Part shown: positions 39,710 through 49,011 of the stretch, piece by piece
Layout of the letters: the number at the start of each line of letters is the position of its first letter
Position numbering within the stretch: the first letter of the stretch is position 1
Assembly (NCBI GenBank): GCA_944381325.1
Contig: CALWKS010000003.1
Location: forward strand, 198,296-262,295
DNA: 64,000 nucleotides
Source: an uncultured Christensenellaceae bacterium
GTDB taxonomy: Bacteria; Bacillota; Clostridia; Christensenellales; UBA3700
Reading direction: 5' to 3'
The notes under the pieces: model-generated
What the model was told of the DNA's origin: nothing
The model's input: the letters and a program-made list of their open reading frames with translations, nothing else
Database searches by the model: none
Translations under genes and position numbers: made by a program

Positions 39710-39794
39710 ATAAAACTCACAATATCATATATTTTTCCTATGCAGGCTCCGTCATCGTCGCTCTTTTATACAGATTGTCGCTGACCTGAAATAC

Positions 39795-40274
39795 TCAGGC
39801 ACTTGCTATCTTTGCGAATTTTGCTCCCACAGCGTTTGCCAGATCCTGAGGAGAAGTCTCCACCTGATGCCCCACCTTTCCTGCGCTGAATACTATTTTC
39901 TCTTTATCTTCAGCGCTTTCGTCAATGACGGTCGTAAATTTCTTTTTCATTCCTATAGGACTGCAACCGCCGTGGATATACCCTGTGAGAGGCAAAAGCT
40001 GTTTCTGAGGTATCATTTCCACGTTTTTCACCCCGACGCTTGCCGCCGCCGCTTTAAGATCGAGAGATCCTGTAACGGGAACGACAAAGACGTAATTCTT
40101 GCGGTCGTGTCCTACCGTTACGAGAGTTTTAAACACACAAGACGGGTCTTTGCCGAGAGACGCCGCGACGTGCGCGCCGTCCGTAAGCGTATTGTCGTAT
40201 TCGTACGCCGTATAACTTATCCCGAGAGTATCGAGAGTCCTCATAACGTTGGTCTTTTCAACTTTCTTGCTCAT
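39795..40274 (-). CDS. ybaK: Cys-tRNA(Pro)/Cys-tRNA(Cys) deacylase YbaK
   Basis: KTNVMRTLDTLGISYTAYEYD, KTLV, GGCSPIG are typical of YbaK/EbsC. Confidence 0.85.
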   Translation of the reverse strand: MSKKVEKTNVMRTLDTLGISYTAYEYDNTLTDGAHVAASLGKDPSCVFKTLVTVGHDRKNYVFVVPVTGSLDLKAAAASVGVKNVEMIPQKQLLPLTGYIHGGCSPIGMKKKFTTVIDESAEDKEKIVFSAGKVGHQVETSPQDLANAVGAKFAKIASA

Positions 40275-40975
40275 CTCTTTTTTATCACCTCGTAATCACG
40301 GCTTTTAAGAATTTCAACCAGATCTTTTTCGTCCTTTGGTGCACGTTTCAAAAGCACTCCTCCGCCGTAGCACCCTCTGGCATGAAAATCGCTTCCGCCC
40401 GTAGGGATCAGATTGAGCTTTGAGCATATCTCTTCAGCTTTTTCGTTGTGCGAATTCTGATAAGGATGAAGATTTGCGATCTCCACTCCGTCCACATACC
40501 TGTAATCTATTTCAGTGCAGATAGCCCTGTAAGGATGCGCCACGACGAGAAGACATCCGTTCTTCTGCGCCCAGTCGTGAAACTCTTTAAGGTTTTCGAA
40601 ATTGAGAATATCGTATCCGTCCCTGAGAAGAAGTTCGGGAGTGATTCCGTAAACGAGAATTTCAGCGTAAGGCGGTGCGTATTTGTAATATGTACAAAAA
40701 TCGGGAGCTGCTTCCAGCCCGAAGAAAACGTCGATTCCGCGCTTTGCGCATTCGTCCTTGAGCTCGTAATAATCGCGCATATAGTCGCTCATAACGTTGA
40801 GACGACTGCCGAACTGCTGAGCTACGTAACCGAACAGATCTGTACGGTTGAAATGATTGGTTACCACTATGCCGTTATACCCCGCCTCAGCGTATGCGTG
40901 CGCGATATCGGCAGGCTCTTCCTGTCCGCAGTGGCTGTTGTGAATAGTGTGCAAGTGCATTTCCAGCTTATACAT
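40271..40975 (-). CDS. PHP-domain metal-dependent phosphoesterase
   Basis: MHLHTIHNSHCG N-terminal His cluster, VTNH, AHP, GGSDFH. ATGA overlap with ybaK. Confidence 0.75.
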   Translation of the reverse strand: MYKLEMHLHTIHNSHCGQEEPADIAHAYAEAGYNGIVVTNHFNRTDLFGYVAQQFGSRLNVMSDYMRDYYELKDECAKRGIDVFFGLEAAPDFCTYYKYAPPYAEILVYGITPELLLRDGYDILNFENLKEFHDWAQKNGCLLVVAHPYRAICTEIDYRYVDGVEIANLHPYQNSHNEKAEEICSKLNLIPTGGSDFHARGCYGGGVLLKRAPKDEKDLVEILKSRDYEVIKKR

Positions 40976-41008
40976 TTTTTCTCCTCTGTAAATCCCCCTA
41001 CAACCTTT

Positions 41009-41887
41009 TCACTGATTTTCGAAAGCTCCGTTGAGAGCCGCATATGCCGCGCCGAGCAATCCGGCTTTGTTCCCCAGTCTTGCGGCTTTCACGTCAGCGT
41101 GTCCGTACGCGGAATGAAAGTCTTCCAGCCACAGACCTCTCATCTCGGCAAGCCCGCCGCCTATGAGTATTTCGTCGGGCGCATATTCGCTTTTGACAGA
41201 TTTTACAACGCTGTCGAGGATCTTCAGAAAAGCTGCTTTTGCCTGTCTGCATTTTTCGCTATCCGTGTTCGTAAGCGCCTCTTTTACGGTATAAGTCCCG
41301 GCGTCGCGTTTTATTGCGGTAGCAGAAAGATACTGCTCTAAGCAACCTCTTTTTCCGCACCTGCATTCATACCCGTTTTCCTCATAGAGACGGTGTCCCA
41401 GTTCAAGATCGACAACATGCTTTGCATCCAGTCTGCCTTCGGTTACCAGTGCAGAACCTAGCCCCGTGCCCAATGTCAAAACCAGAGTGCTTTTTGTTCT
41501 GTTTTTGGCAAAATAATGTTCGCATATCGCGGCGGCACAAGCGTCGTTGAGCACAACAACGCGACACCCAAGCGTCTCCGATATATCCTTAGCAAATCCG
41601 TATCCGTTGAATCCGGGAAGCGAACTCGTAGCTCGAAGCACCTTTCCGTCATCCCAGGACACTTCACCTGCCGTAGCGATAGCGACTATATCCGCCGCCC
41701 CTTCAGTCCTTACAGCTTCGATCGCCTGCAGAACTTTTTCGCGCACGCCGTCAAACCCGCTGTCAGAGCGGGTCGGAACAGAATAAAAATTCTTTATCTT
41801 ATAGCTTTGTGGGAGTCTGACGCGTCCGACAGAAATCAACGCGGATTTCACAGCCGTACCGCCGACGTCCGCGCAAATCATCTTCAA
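41009..41887 (-). CDS. ROK family sugar kinase
   Basis: ADVGGT ATP motif, NDACAA, Zn motif CRCGKRGCLEQ. TTG start (ATG at 41881 is an alternative). Confidence 0.85.
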   Translation of the reverse strand: MKMICADVGGTAVKSALISVGRVRLPQSYKIKNFYSVPTRSDSGFDGVREKVLQAIEAVRTEGAADIVAIATAGEVSWDDGKVLRATSSLPGFNGYGFAKDISETLGCRVVVLNDACAAAICEHYFAKNRTKSTLVLTLGTGLGSALVTEGRLDAKHVVDLELGHRLYEENGYECRCGKRGCLEQYLSATAIKRDAGTYTVKEALTNTDSEKCRQAKAAFLKILDSVVKSVKSEYAPDEILIGGGLAEMRGLWLEDFHSAYGHADVKAARLGNKAGLLGAAYAALNGAFENQ

Positions 41888-41911
41888 GCGCGCCTCCTTA
41901 TGCCGTTAAGG

Positions 41912-42796
41912 TTATTTGTCGAAAGACACTCTGTATCTGTAAGTAAACGTCTTGCCAGGCTCGAGAGTCTGAACAAACGCCTTGTATTTAAGTTCTCTGT
42001 CAGGTGTCAACTTGTCGGGAGCACCGTGCCACGGCTCTATGCATACGTAAGCGCCGCTGTCTTCCATACTCCAGAAAGCGAGTACGTCTACCTTCCCGAA
42101 ATCGAAATATACGTTCTCCCCGTCCGCAAGGCGCAGAACGAGTTTGTCCGTGCCGACGTCAGTAAGCATGACCGTCTTATACTTTATCATCACGTCCTTA
42201 CCCGTGCTCAGTCTGGTTATAGTGCCGAAAGGCGCTTTGCCCGTAATAAAATGTCCCTTTTCTTCAAGAGTGAGATAGTTCGGAGAAATCGGCTTGAGAA
42301 AATCAAGATAATTGGCGTCTGTGTTTATCTTTCCCTCTTTATAGGTTGCGCAGACGTTGAACGCGGGATGTGCTCCCATCATAAAATACATCAGCTTGTC
42401 GTCAACGTTCTTTGCCTCGTGCGTTACCTCTAAAGCGCCGTCTTCGACCTTGAAGCGTACAGAATATTCATACTTGTAAGGATACTTTTCAAGAGTCTCT
42501 TCACTCCATTTCAACGTAAGCACGGTTTCGCTTTCAGACACTCTATGCTCAGTAAAATCAGAATGTCTGCACAAGCCGTGAAGAGGCATCTCGTAACGTT
42601 TGCCGTCCACGGTATACCAACCGTCTTTTTGTCTTGCAACAAACGGGAAAATAACGACGTCCTGTTCGTCCCAGGAATCTTTACTACCCTGCCACAGAAA
42701 CTCTCTGCCGTCTCTCAGTCTCTTTACGGACGAAAGGGTCGCACCGTTGGTATTTGCTGAAACGCTCAGTTTGTCGTCAGATACAGATATAATCAT
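41912..42796 (-). CDS. aldose 1-epimerase (galactose mutarotase-like) family protein
   Basis: FPFVARQ, HGL.R, GAHPAF, IEPWHG blocks. SD GGAGGTG. Confidence 0.75.
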   Translation of the reverse strand: MIISVSDDKLSVSANTNGATLSSVKRLRDGREFLWQGSKDSWDEQDVVIFPFVARQKDGWYTVDGKRYEMPLHGLCRHSDFTEHRVSESETVLTLKWSEETLEKYPYKYEYSVRFKVEDGALEVTHEAKNVDDKLMYFMMGAHPAFNVCATYKEGKINTDANYLDFLKPISPNYLTLEEKGHFITGKAPFGTITRLSTGKDVMIKYKTVMLTDVGTDKLVLRLADGENVYFDFGKVDVLAFWSMEDSGAYVCIEPWHGAPDKLTPDRELKYKAFVQTLEPGKTFTYRYRVSFDK

Positions 42797-42921
42797 AATT
42801 ACACCTCCGCAATTTGCAATAATTATAGCACAACGCGCGATTTTTGTCCACAGTTAGGACACAAGGCTTTATCCTACCGTACCTTTAATTTACGCTCAGA
42901 CACGCTCTTAAAAATCACTTC

Positions 42922-42950
42922 TTGACAAGGCACGATTTATATAGGATAAT
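42922..42950 (+). promoter_or_regulatory. sigma-A type promoter candidate for aminopeptidase-yhhN (TTGACA-17-GATAAT)
   Basis: TTGACA 42922..42927, 17-nt spacer, GATAAT 42945..42950. Confidence 0.65.
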
Positions 42951-43008
42951 AATATTGTGCGGTATACGGAGTGTTGCCGCCGAATAGCTTACTAAGGCAA
43001 GGTGGAAG

Positions 43009-44232
43009 ATGAAATCGACAATCAGAAAGTATGCAAAACTTATGGTCAAAATCGGCGCCTGCGTCCGCAAGGATGACGACGTTCTTATAATATCCTCTCT
43101 CGAGGGTGCGCCTCTCGCTCAGGCGATCACTGAATATTGCTATAAAGCGAAGGCAAAACGCGTAACCGTTTCATACGTTGACGACAAGGCTAGCCGCCTG
43201 CACTTCCTCTATCAGGACGAAGAAACTCTTAAGCAGATCCCGTCATGGGAAGCGGATATGAAAAACTCTTACAACGACAAGCACGCCGTTACCATACGCA
43301 TCCTGTCTGAAGATCCGCACCTTTACGACGGCGTTGATCCCAACAAGATCGCGGCAAGATCGAGAGCTACGCATAAGGCGCTCAAGCAGTATTATGACAA
43401 CGCCATGTCAAATAAGATAAGATGGACGCTGTGCGCAGTGCCTTCTGAAGCGTGGGCAAAGACCGTATTCCCTGAACTGTCAGCTTCAAAAGCGGTAAAC
43501 AAACTGTGGGAACTTATAATAAAGGCTATGCGCCTGGACGCTAAAGACAGCGTAAAAGCATGGCAGGACTTCCAGAACAACTCTTTGGGAAGAATAGAAA
43601 AACTCAACTCTCTCAATCTTAAAGAGCTGAGATACAAAAATTCAATCGGTACAGACTTTACGATAGGACTTCCAAAGGGCGCTTATTTCAGCGGAGCTAA
43701 AGAAAACACTACATACGGCGCGCCTTTCTGTGCAAACATGCCCACTGAAGAGATATTTACTCTCCCCGACAAAAACACGGGCAACGGCAGAATAGTCGCA
43801 TCCATGCCACTCGTTCACAACGGCACCGTCATCGAAGATTTCTATCTTGAACTCAAGGACGGTCTTATCGTGGATTACAACGCCAAGAAAGGATACGAAA
43901 CTCTCAAAAATATCATCGAGACAGACGAAGGCTCGAGAAGACTGGGCGAGATAGCTCTCGTGCAATACGATTCTCCCATACAGAATCTGCACACATTGTT
44001 CTACAATACTCTTTTCGACGAAAATGCAAGCTGCCACTTCGCAATCGGAGAAGCTTATCCGCTTATCCGCGGCGCAGAAAAAATGAGCAAAGAAGAACTG
44101 GCGGCACTGGGAGCAAACAGCTCTGACGAACACGTAGACTTCATGGTCGGCACTGCAGATCTGAGCATTACGGGAATATCCGCTGACGGCACGGAGACCC
44201 CGATATTCAGAGACGGCAATTTCTGTTTCTGA
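43009..44232 (+). CDS. M29 family aminopeptidase (AmpS/PepS-like)
   Basis: YAKLMVKIG..V.KDDDVLI start; EEIFTLP, GEIALV, LFDENASCHFAIG, HVDFM blocks. Confidence 0.85.
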   Translation: MKSTIRKYAKLMVKIGACVRKDDDVLIISSLEGAPLAQAITEYCYKAKAKRVTVSYVDDKASRLHFLYQDEETLKQIPSWEADMKNSYNDKHAVTIRILSEDPHLYDGVDPNKIAARSRATHKALKQYYDNAMSNKIRWTLCAVPSEAWAKTVFPELSASKAVNKLWELIIKAMRLDAKDSVKAWQDFQNNSLGRIEKLNSLNLKELRYKNSIGTDFTIGLPKGAYFSGAKENTTYGAPFCANMPTEEIFTLPDKNTGNGRIVASMPLVHNGTVIEDFYLELKDGLIVDYNAKKGYETLKNIIETDEGSRRLGEIALVQYDSPIQNLHTLFYNTLFDENASCHFAIGEAYPLIRGAEKMSKEELAALGANSSDEHVDFMVGTADLSITGISADGTETPIFRDGNFCF

Positions 44233-44260
44233 CACAACAATAAAACCGCGAGGTAAACCA

Positions 44261-44956
44261 ATGATCGGTATTTACGTTATTTCGGGCATAATGGTCGTAA
44301 CGGCTTTCCTGACCGCCGCTTTTTACGTCAACGATCACCGCGTCGTAGCGACGATCACAAAGACTGTTTCTTCGCTCGGATTTATGCTGATAGCGTTTAT
44401 CGCGCTTAGCAAAAATTTCGACAATCTGCTCAATCTGAAATACGGCATGGTAATGCTGACAGGGCTGATGCTCTGCTTTGTCGGCGACGTGTTTCTTATG
44501 ATAAAAGAGCTGTTCACCGACCGCACGGCAAATCTTTATCTGCTCCTGGGCGTAGGTTCTTTCGCTCTCGCTCAGATTCTGTTTGCAATACGTTTCATAA
44601 TGTATGCAGACAGATTTATCTACTGGCTGATACCTATCGTGCTGATCGCCCCCGCGATCCTGCTTTTGTCTCACAAATTCAACATAATGAAACTGGAGAA
44701 AACGGCGGCAGGACTAATCGCTTATTCTGTGATAATAGGCTTTACGACAATATGTACGCTCAATCTTCTGATAGTAAATCCCTCGGCTCGCTCAGTTGCG
44801 CTCTTTGTTGCTCTGTCTTCATTCATGCTTTCTGACACTGCGCTGTGCTACACCTACTACGGCAGATCGATCACTTTAAGACGCGTGCTCAACTATGTGG
44901 TTATGCTCTTCTATTACGCAGCGACGATATTGCTTGCATATTCGATATTGCTTTAA
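44261..44956 (+). CDS. YhhN/lysoplasmalogenase family membrane protein
   Basis: Eight-TM-like profile with FVGDVFL and MLSDTAL motifs. Confidence 0.72.
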   Translation: MIGIYVISGIMVVTAFLTAAFYVNDHRVVATITKTVSSLGFMLIAFIALSKNFDNLLNLKYGMVMLTGLMLCFVGDVFLMIKELFTDRTANLYLLLGVGSFALAQILFAIRFIMYADRFIYWLIPIVLIAPAILLLSHKFNIMKLEKTAAGLIAYSVIIGFTTICTLNLLIVNPSARSVALFVALSSFMLSDTALCYTYYGRSITLRRVLNYVVMLFYYAATILLAYSILL

Positions 44957-44976
44957 AAAATACGGATTATTTAAAG

Positions 44977-45006
44977 AAAAAAGTTCCGTTTTTGCGGAAC
45001 TTTTTT
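44977..45006. terminator. bidirectional rho-independent terminator
   Basis: AAAAAAGTTCCG tttttg CGGAACTTTTTT, between convergent genes. Confidence 0.8.
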
Positions 45007-45013
45007 ATTGCCC

Positions 45014-47038
45014 TTATTTCATGTCAAACGATATCTTCCACTCAAACATCGCGTTGTCTTCATACCATAGCGGATAATTCGTACCCCATACGTTGTTGTA
45101 AAGCAGATAAGAAAAACCTTCGCTTCCGTCTCCGGGCACGTTGTCATACTTAAGCAATTTGCCCCTGCCGAGAGATACCGGCGCACACTGAGAGCAAACA
45201 GCAGTACAGTTTATGCCTTTGCTTATAAAAGACACGTCTTCAGCGACAGAAAGATTTATTCCGCCGTTTCTTACTATGCCGTAAGGCGAAACTTCCACGC
45301 CCAGCTTAGTATATCTGACGCTTTGACTATCGCACGCAAAAGGCAGATGCAGCCATATTTCCTCAGGCAGTCTGTTGGCTTTTTTATTAAACCAGCTCAC
45401 TTTAAGAGTGATCGTTTTTTCTGAGAACGTATATTCTGCCAGTACTGTCTCAGGCATTCCCAGCGTCCCGTAAGCAAGCTTGTCGCATACAGCTTCGACT
45501 GCCAGTGTATTTTCGCCCTTATATACCTTTTTCACGATATGAGCAAATCTTCCTTTTGCATATTTCACTTTTCCCAGTTTGGGACGTCCAAAGTCAGGAA
45601 TAGCCCAGGTAAAAGTTTTATAAAGATCTCTCTGATAGTGCTTCAGCCAATATGCGTAATCTTCTTTTGACAGGCTGACGTATTCGACAAGAGATAAGGT
45701 ATTTCCGCTTATCAACTCTTTATCTTCGCAAACAAGGCGATAAGGCGCGCCGCCGTCATTGATGCTTACGCTCCACTTCCCGAAACAAAACTCTCTTTCA
45801 GCGGTTTCTTTCAGATTATCAGAAATCTGTAGGTTTGCAGGGCGAAGACGCTTCAGCTCTTCTTCTGCTTCTTTTTTGAGCGCCTCAGGAAGCGCCTTAA
45901 CTGCCTTATCGAGATATCCGCGCTGTTCTTTCCACGACTCTTCCATGGCGGAATATACGCCCTTTTTAGCGCAACGTTCAGCCGCCTTTTTAAATACAGG
46001 CAAAGCATAAATGCCGTAGCGCGGTATCCTCTTGTCCTTAACTCTCGCTTCTTCGAAATTATCTCTTGAGTAATTGTCGTAATCTTTAAGACCTCTCAAT
46101 ATACCCAGTCCGCTGGTATGTTCGGCAACACACATGAGATTGTCTTCGAATTCTTTATACCATTTCTCAGAAGTGTCTGTCCTGCCGTCCTTTATTAATT
46201 TTTCTCTCCATCTGCAAAGCGATATCAGACCGCCGTATTTATAAGGATCTGATGCCGCGCCGTGTATCCAGCTGTCTCCTATCTCGCCTTCGAATACGGG
46301 CAACGTTTCTTTTACATCCCACAGCTTTTCGGCAAAGTCGTCCATAGTGCCCGCAACGACCTCGTATCCTTTGAACTTTCTTTGTAACCTTCTGAAATTT
46401 TTAAGCACTTTTTCTGCGCTTTTCGGACCGCAGTTGTCCATAGAATGGTCAAACACAAGCATATCGTCAAGACCGGGCACGCAGACTTTTTTGCCGTAAC
46501 TTCCTTCGTATGCTACGATTATTTCTCGCCCGTCGCATCTCCATCTGAAACAAGGCGGCACGCCTGGCACGGCAGAACTGCTGTTTACGCCGATATGCAA
46601 AAACTTGATGCCGTTGTCTGCAAGGATTTTTACAATCCCCTTGGTATGCCCTGGCACGTCTGTCATCTTTGCGGCAATTGTCTTTCTTCCGAATTTTGCG
46701 TCAATGTCTTTTATCTTTCTGACTGCTTCGCTGAGAAGTCTTTCGTCCATAAGTTCGCTCTGAACGGTAAAAGGCATTGCGTGCGCTACGATATCTCCTC
46801 TTTCACATGCCTTAAAAAGTGCCTTTGCCCTTTCTTCGTCCTTATCCTCGAGCCCTTTTTCTATGAGCCATGAGCCTATGGTCCACACAAATTTTTTCGT
46901 ACCCGTGTTGACTTCACGCGCTATTTTCACTGCTCTCGGAATAAACTCGGTCAGATATCTGTTTACCACAGTTTCTGCAAGATCGGTATATCCCATATCC
47001 AGATGCGATTTTGAAACAACATAAACTTTCCCTTTCAT
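45014..47038 (-). CDS. GH38-like / DUF5054-type putative glycoside hydrolase
   Basis: N-terminal VYVVSKSHLDMGYTDLA and WTIGSWLIE resemble the DUF5054 / GH38 N-domain metal site. The assignment is from memory of the family. Confidence 0.5.
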   Translation of the reverse strand: MKGKVYVVSKSHLDMGYTDLAETVVNRYLTEFIPRAVKIAREVNTGTKKFVWTIGSWLIEKGLEDKDEERAKALFKACERGDIVAHAMPFTVQSELMDERLLSEAVRKIKDIDAKFGRKTIAAKMTDVPGHTKGIVKILADNGIKFLHIGVNSSSAVPGVPPCFRWRCDGREIIVAYEGSYGKKVCVPGLDDMLVFDHSMDNCGPKSAEKVLKNFRRLQRKFKGYEVVAGTMDDFAEKLWDVKETLPVFEGEIGDSWIHGAASDPYKYGGLISLCRWREKLIKDGRTDTSEKWYKEFEDNLMCVAEHTSGLGILRGLKDYDNYSRDNFEEARVKDKRIPRYGIYALPVFKKAAERCAKKGVYSAMEESWKEQRGYLDKAVKALPEALKKEAEEELKRLRPANLQISDNLKETAEREFCFGKWSVSINDGGAPYRLVCEDKELISGNTLSLVEYVSLSKEDYAYWLKHYQRDLYKTFTWAIPDFGRPKLGKVKYAKGRFAHIVKKVYKGENTLAVEAVCDKLAYGTLGMPETVLAEYTFSEKTITLKVSWFNKKANRLPEEIWLHLPFACDSQSVRYTKLGVEVSPYGIVRNGGINLSVAEDVSFISKGINCTAVCSQCAPVSLGRGKLLKYDNVPGDGSEGFSYLLYNNVWGTNYPLWYEDNAMFEWKISFDMK

Positions 47039-47054
47039 ATATTTACATTTATAA

Positions 47055-47086
47055 ATAAATCCGCTCTCAAATGAGAACGGATTTTA
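47055..47086 (-). terminator. terminator-like hairpin after the 208-aa gene
   Basis: AAATCCG-C-TCTCA aa TGAGA-A-CGGATTT with an A/T-rich tail. Confidence 0.45.
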
Positions 47087-47099
47087 TTGATCTTTTATA

Positions 47100-47726
47100 T
47101 TATTGTATATCGCTTATCTTCTTTCTGCGCGGACGTCTCTTGGGAATATTGAAATTGTCCATCATATAGTCGATTACTCTGCAAGCCTTTCTGACAGCAA
47201 GGTCTGAACGTATCGGAAGCATAAACGGAACTTCCTGGTACGCACTGGTCTCGCTGAGGTCGCGCTGATGATATTTGCCGTCGTCAAGAGCCGCGTCTTC
47301 AGGATCAACTGCAAGATAAAGCTTAAGCGTCTTGCCGCCGATAGCCATTTTTGCAAGCAGGTCTCTGCCCATGCGGTAGCTGTCGCAACGCGCGCTGTAA
47401 CGGCTCTTTACCTTGCGGTAAGAGGTAAGATGCGCCTGAAGCTGAGCATGCCACTCAATAACTCTCTCGTCCATCTCAGACAATCTCTCAATAAAGCTGG
47501 GACGAATATCGATGCTTCCCGTTACGCCGACAGCCGTCTTGTAATCCGCAGGCTCTTCATACTCTTCGTATTCTTCCTGTACAGGCTCTTCGTAAGCTGC
47601 TACTTCGTTTACGACGTCGTTTGCAGGAACGAACTCTTCTGCTTCTTCTTCGATATCGAATTCAGAGAGATCCTCAAACTCTTCGTTTTCACTGTATGAG
47701 AATTTATTTTTGTCGTCGATTTTCAT
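47100..47726 (-). CDS. hypothetical protein with acidic N-terminal half and basic C-terminal tail
   Basis: 208 aa. E/D-rich residues 1-65. Conserved-looking C-terminal half (KSRYSARCDSYRMGRDLLAKMAIGGKTLKLYLAVDP). No family name recalled. Confidence 0.5.
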   Translation of the reverse strand: MKIDDKNKFSYSENEEFEDLSEFDIEEEAEEFVPANDVVNEVAAYEEPVQEEYEEYEEPADYKTAVGVTGSIDIRPSFIERLSEMDERVIEWHAQLQAHLTSYRKVKSRYSARCDSYRMGRDLLAKMAIGGKTLKLYLAVDPEDAALDDGKYHQRDLSETSAYQEVPFMLPIRSDLAVRKACRVIDYMMDNFNIPKRRPRRKKISDIQ

Positions 47727-47821
47727 AAGTTCCTCCTGATCACACTATGCGCTTAAAAGCGGTATACTTATATTACTACTAACTCCTGCTGTATGTCAAT
47801 GAAAATCTGCAGGCAAAAACT

Positions 47822-48076
47822 TCAATTTTCTTGGCTATATGCTTGTAAAGCGGCTTTTGCGAGCTGATCCGCGCAGGAGGTACCCTTGCCTGCGCAATTG
47901 ACTCCGCCGCATTTGTCAACAACCTGTTGAACGGTCATTCCTTCGACCAGACGGGGTATGGCTATAAGATTGCCGGGGCAACCTCCGTAGAAAACAACGT
48001 TTTTTACGACGTTGCCGTCAAGCTCAAAATCTATACGGCGCGAACACGTGCCCTTTGTCATATACGTATGTTTCAT
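47822..48076 (-). CDS. TSCPD-domain small protein (TIGR03905-like)
   Basis: Trimmed to MKHTYMTKGTCS (SD GAGGAGA). GGCPGN and CGGVNCAGKGTSCADQL cysteine pattern. Confidence 0.7.
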   Translation of the reverse strand: MKHTYMTKGTCSRRIDFELDGNVVKNVVFYGGCPGNLIAIPRLVEGMTVQQVVDKCGGVNCAGKGTSCADQLAKAALQAYSQEN

Positions 48077-48084
48077 ATTTCTCC

Positions 48085-48978
48085 TCACAGAAATTCAGGG
48101 TAAAATTCTTTTATATAAGCCTCGACGTCCTTACGTTTTCCTTTATAAGGACCGGGATTTTCCATTTTGTTGGATACAAGCGCGGTCGCCCAGAGAAGCG
48201 CCTTGTCCATAGGCTGATTTATTCTCTCGGTTATGTAACCCGCAAAAGTTGTGTCGCCTCTGCCGCTTCTGCCCGACAGGTTTCTTGCCTTGATGGGACA
48301 AGCACAAAGCTTCTCTCCGTCGTAAGCGATCACCTCTGTGTTGTGAGTGATAACTACTTCTTTTGCGCCCCATGCATGAAGCATCTTTGCGGCGACTACT
48401 CTGTCAGGTTGTCCGGTGAGGATTTCAGCCTCCGCCGCGTCAGTCTTAAGATAAGTTATATAAGGCAGGATTTCTTTTTTCTCTGCCCAGTCTTCAAAAT
48501 ACATCGCGCCGGTCTTCTTGTCAGCATGACGGAGAAGCGCCTGAACGTCGACGGCGACTTTTCCCTTTGCGGCAAGAGCCTTTATAAGCTCACCGTCAAA
48601 ATCTCCGTAAATAAGTCCCGCAAGATGATAGACATTGCAATCCACGTCAGGAATATCCTTTATAGTGAAAGGATCTGCCTGCCCGATGCATGTGCAGGTG
48701 CGTCTTTCCTTATCAGGAGTATGGTATTTATTGCGGATAGAAGTGCTGGCTGAAGAAGGTATATAGAATATATCTTCTTTGTCTATCACGAATTCGTTGA
48801 GTCTGTCCTTATCGCAAGGCGCAACCTTTGTAACAACGCCGACTTTGTAACCGCCGGCATAAGCTGCGGCTGAAGAATAAATCACCGCTCCGCCGACTTC
48901 GATTATCTGGTTGTCCAGATAATCGATATTGTAGTCAAGCGAAATGTGTCCGATAGTAAGCGTATCGTATTTTTTCAT
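48085..48978 (-). CDS. PfkB-family carbohydrate kinase
   Basis: TIGHISLD start, GG..YS, and the C-terminal GRGDTFAG anion-hole motif typical of the ribokinase fold. Confidence 0.8.
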   Translation of the reverse strand: MKKYDTLTIGHISLDYNIDYLDNQIIEVGGAVIYSSAAAYAGGYKVGVVTKVAPCDKDRLNEFVIDKEDIFYIPSSASTSIRNKYHTPDKERRTCTCIGQADPFTIKDIPDVDCNVYHLAGLIYGDFDGELIKALAAKGKVAVDVQALLRHADKKTGAMYFEDWAEKKEILPYITYLKTDAAEAEILTGQPDRVVAAKMLHAWGAKEVVITHNTEVIAYDGEKLCACPIKARNLSGRSGRGDTTFAGYITERINQPMDKALLWATALVSNKMENPGPYKGKRKDVEAYIKEFYPEFL

Positions 48979-49011
48979 AAATGTTTCTCTCTCTCCCTGA
49001 AAGGTGTATTA

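Noticed and set aside
40448-42433. Two long plus-strand ORFs (297 and 305 aa) antisense to the PHP, ROK and mutarotase genes
   Set aside because: Shadow ORFs spanning gene boundaries of well-supported minus-strand genes. They have no motifs and no SD.
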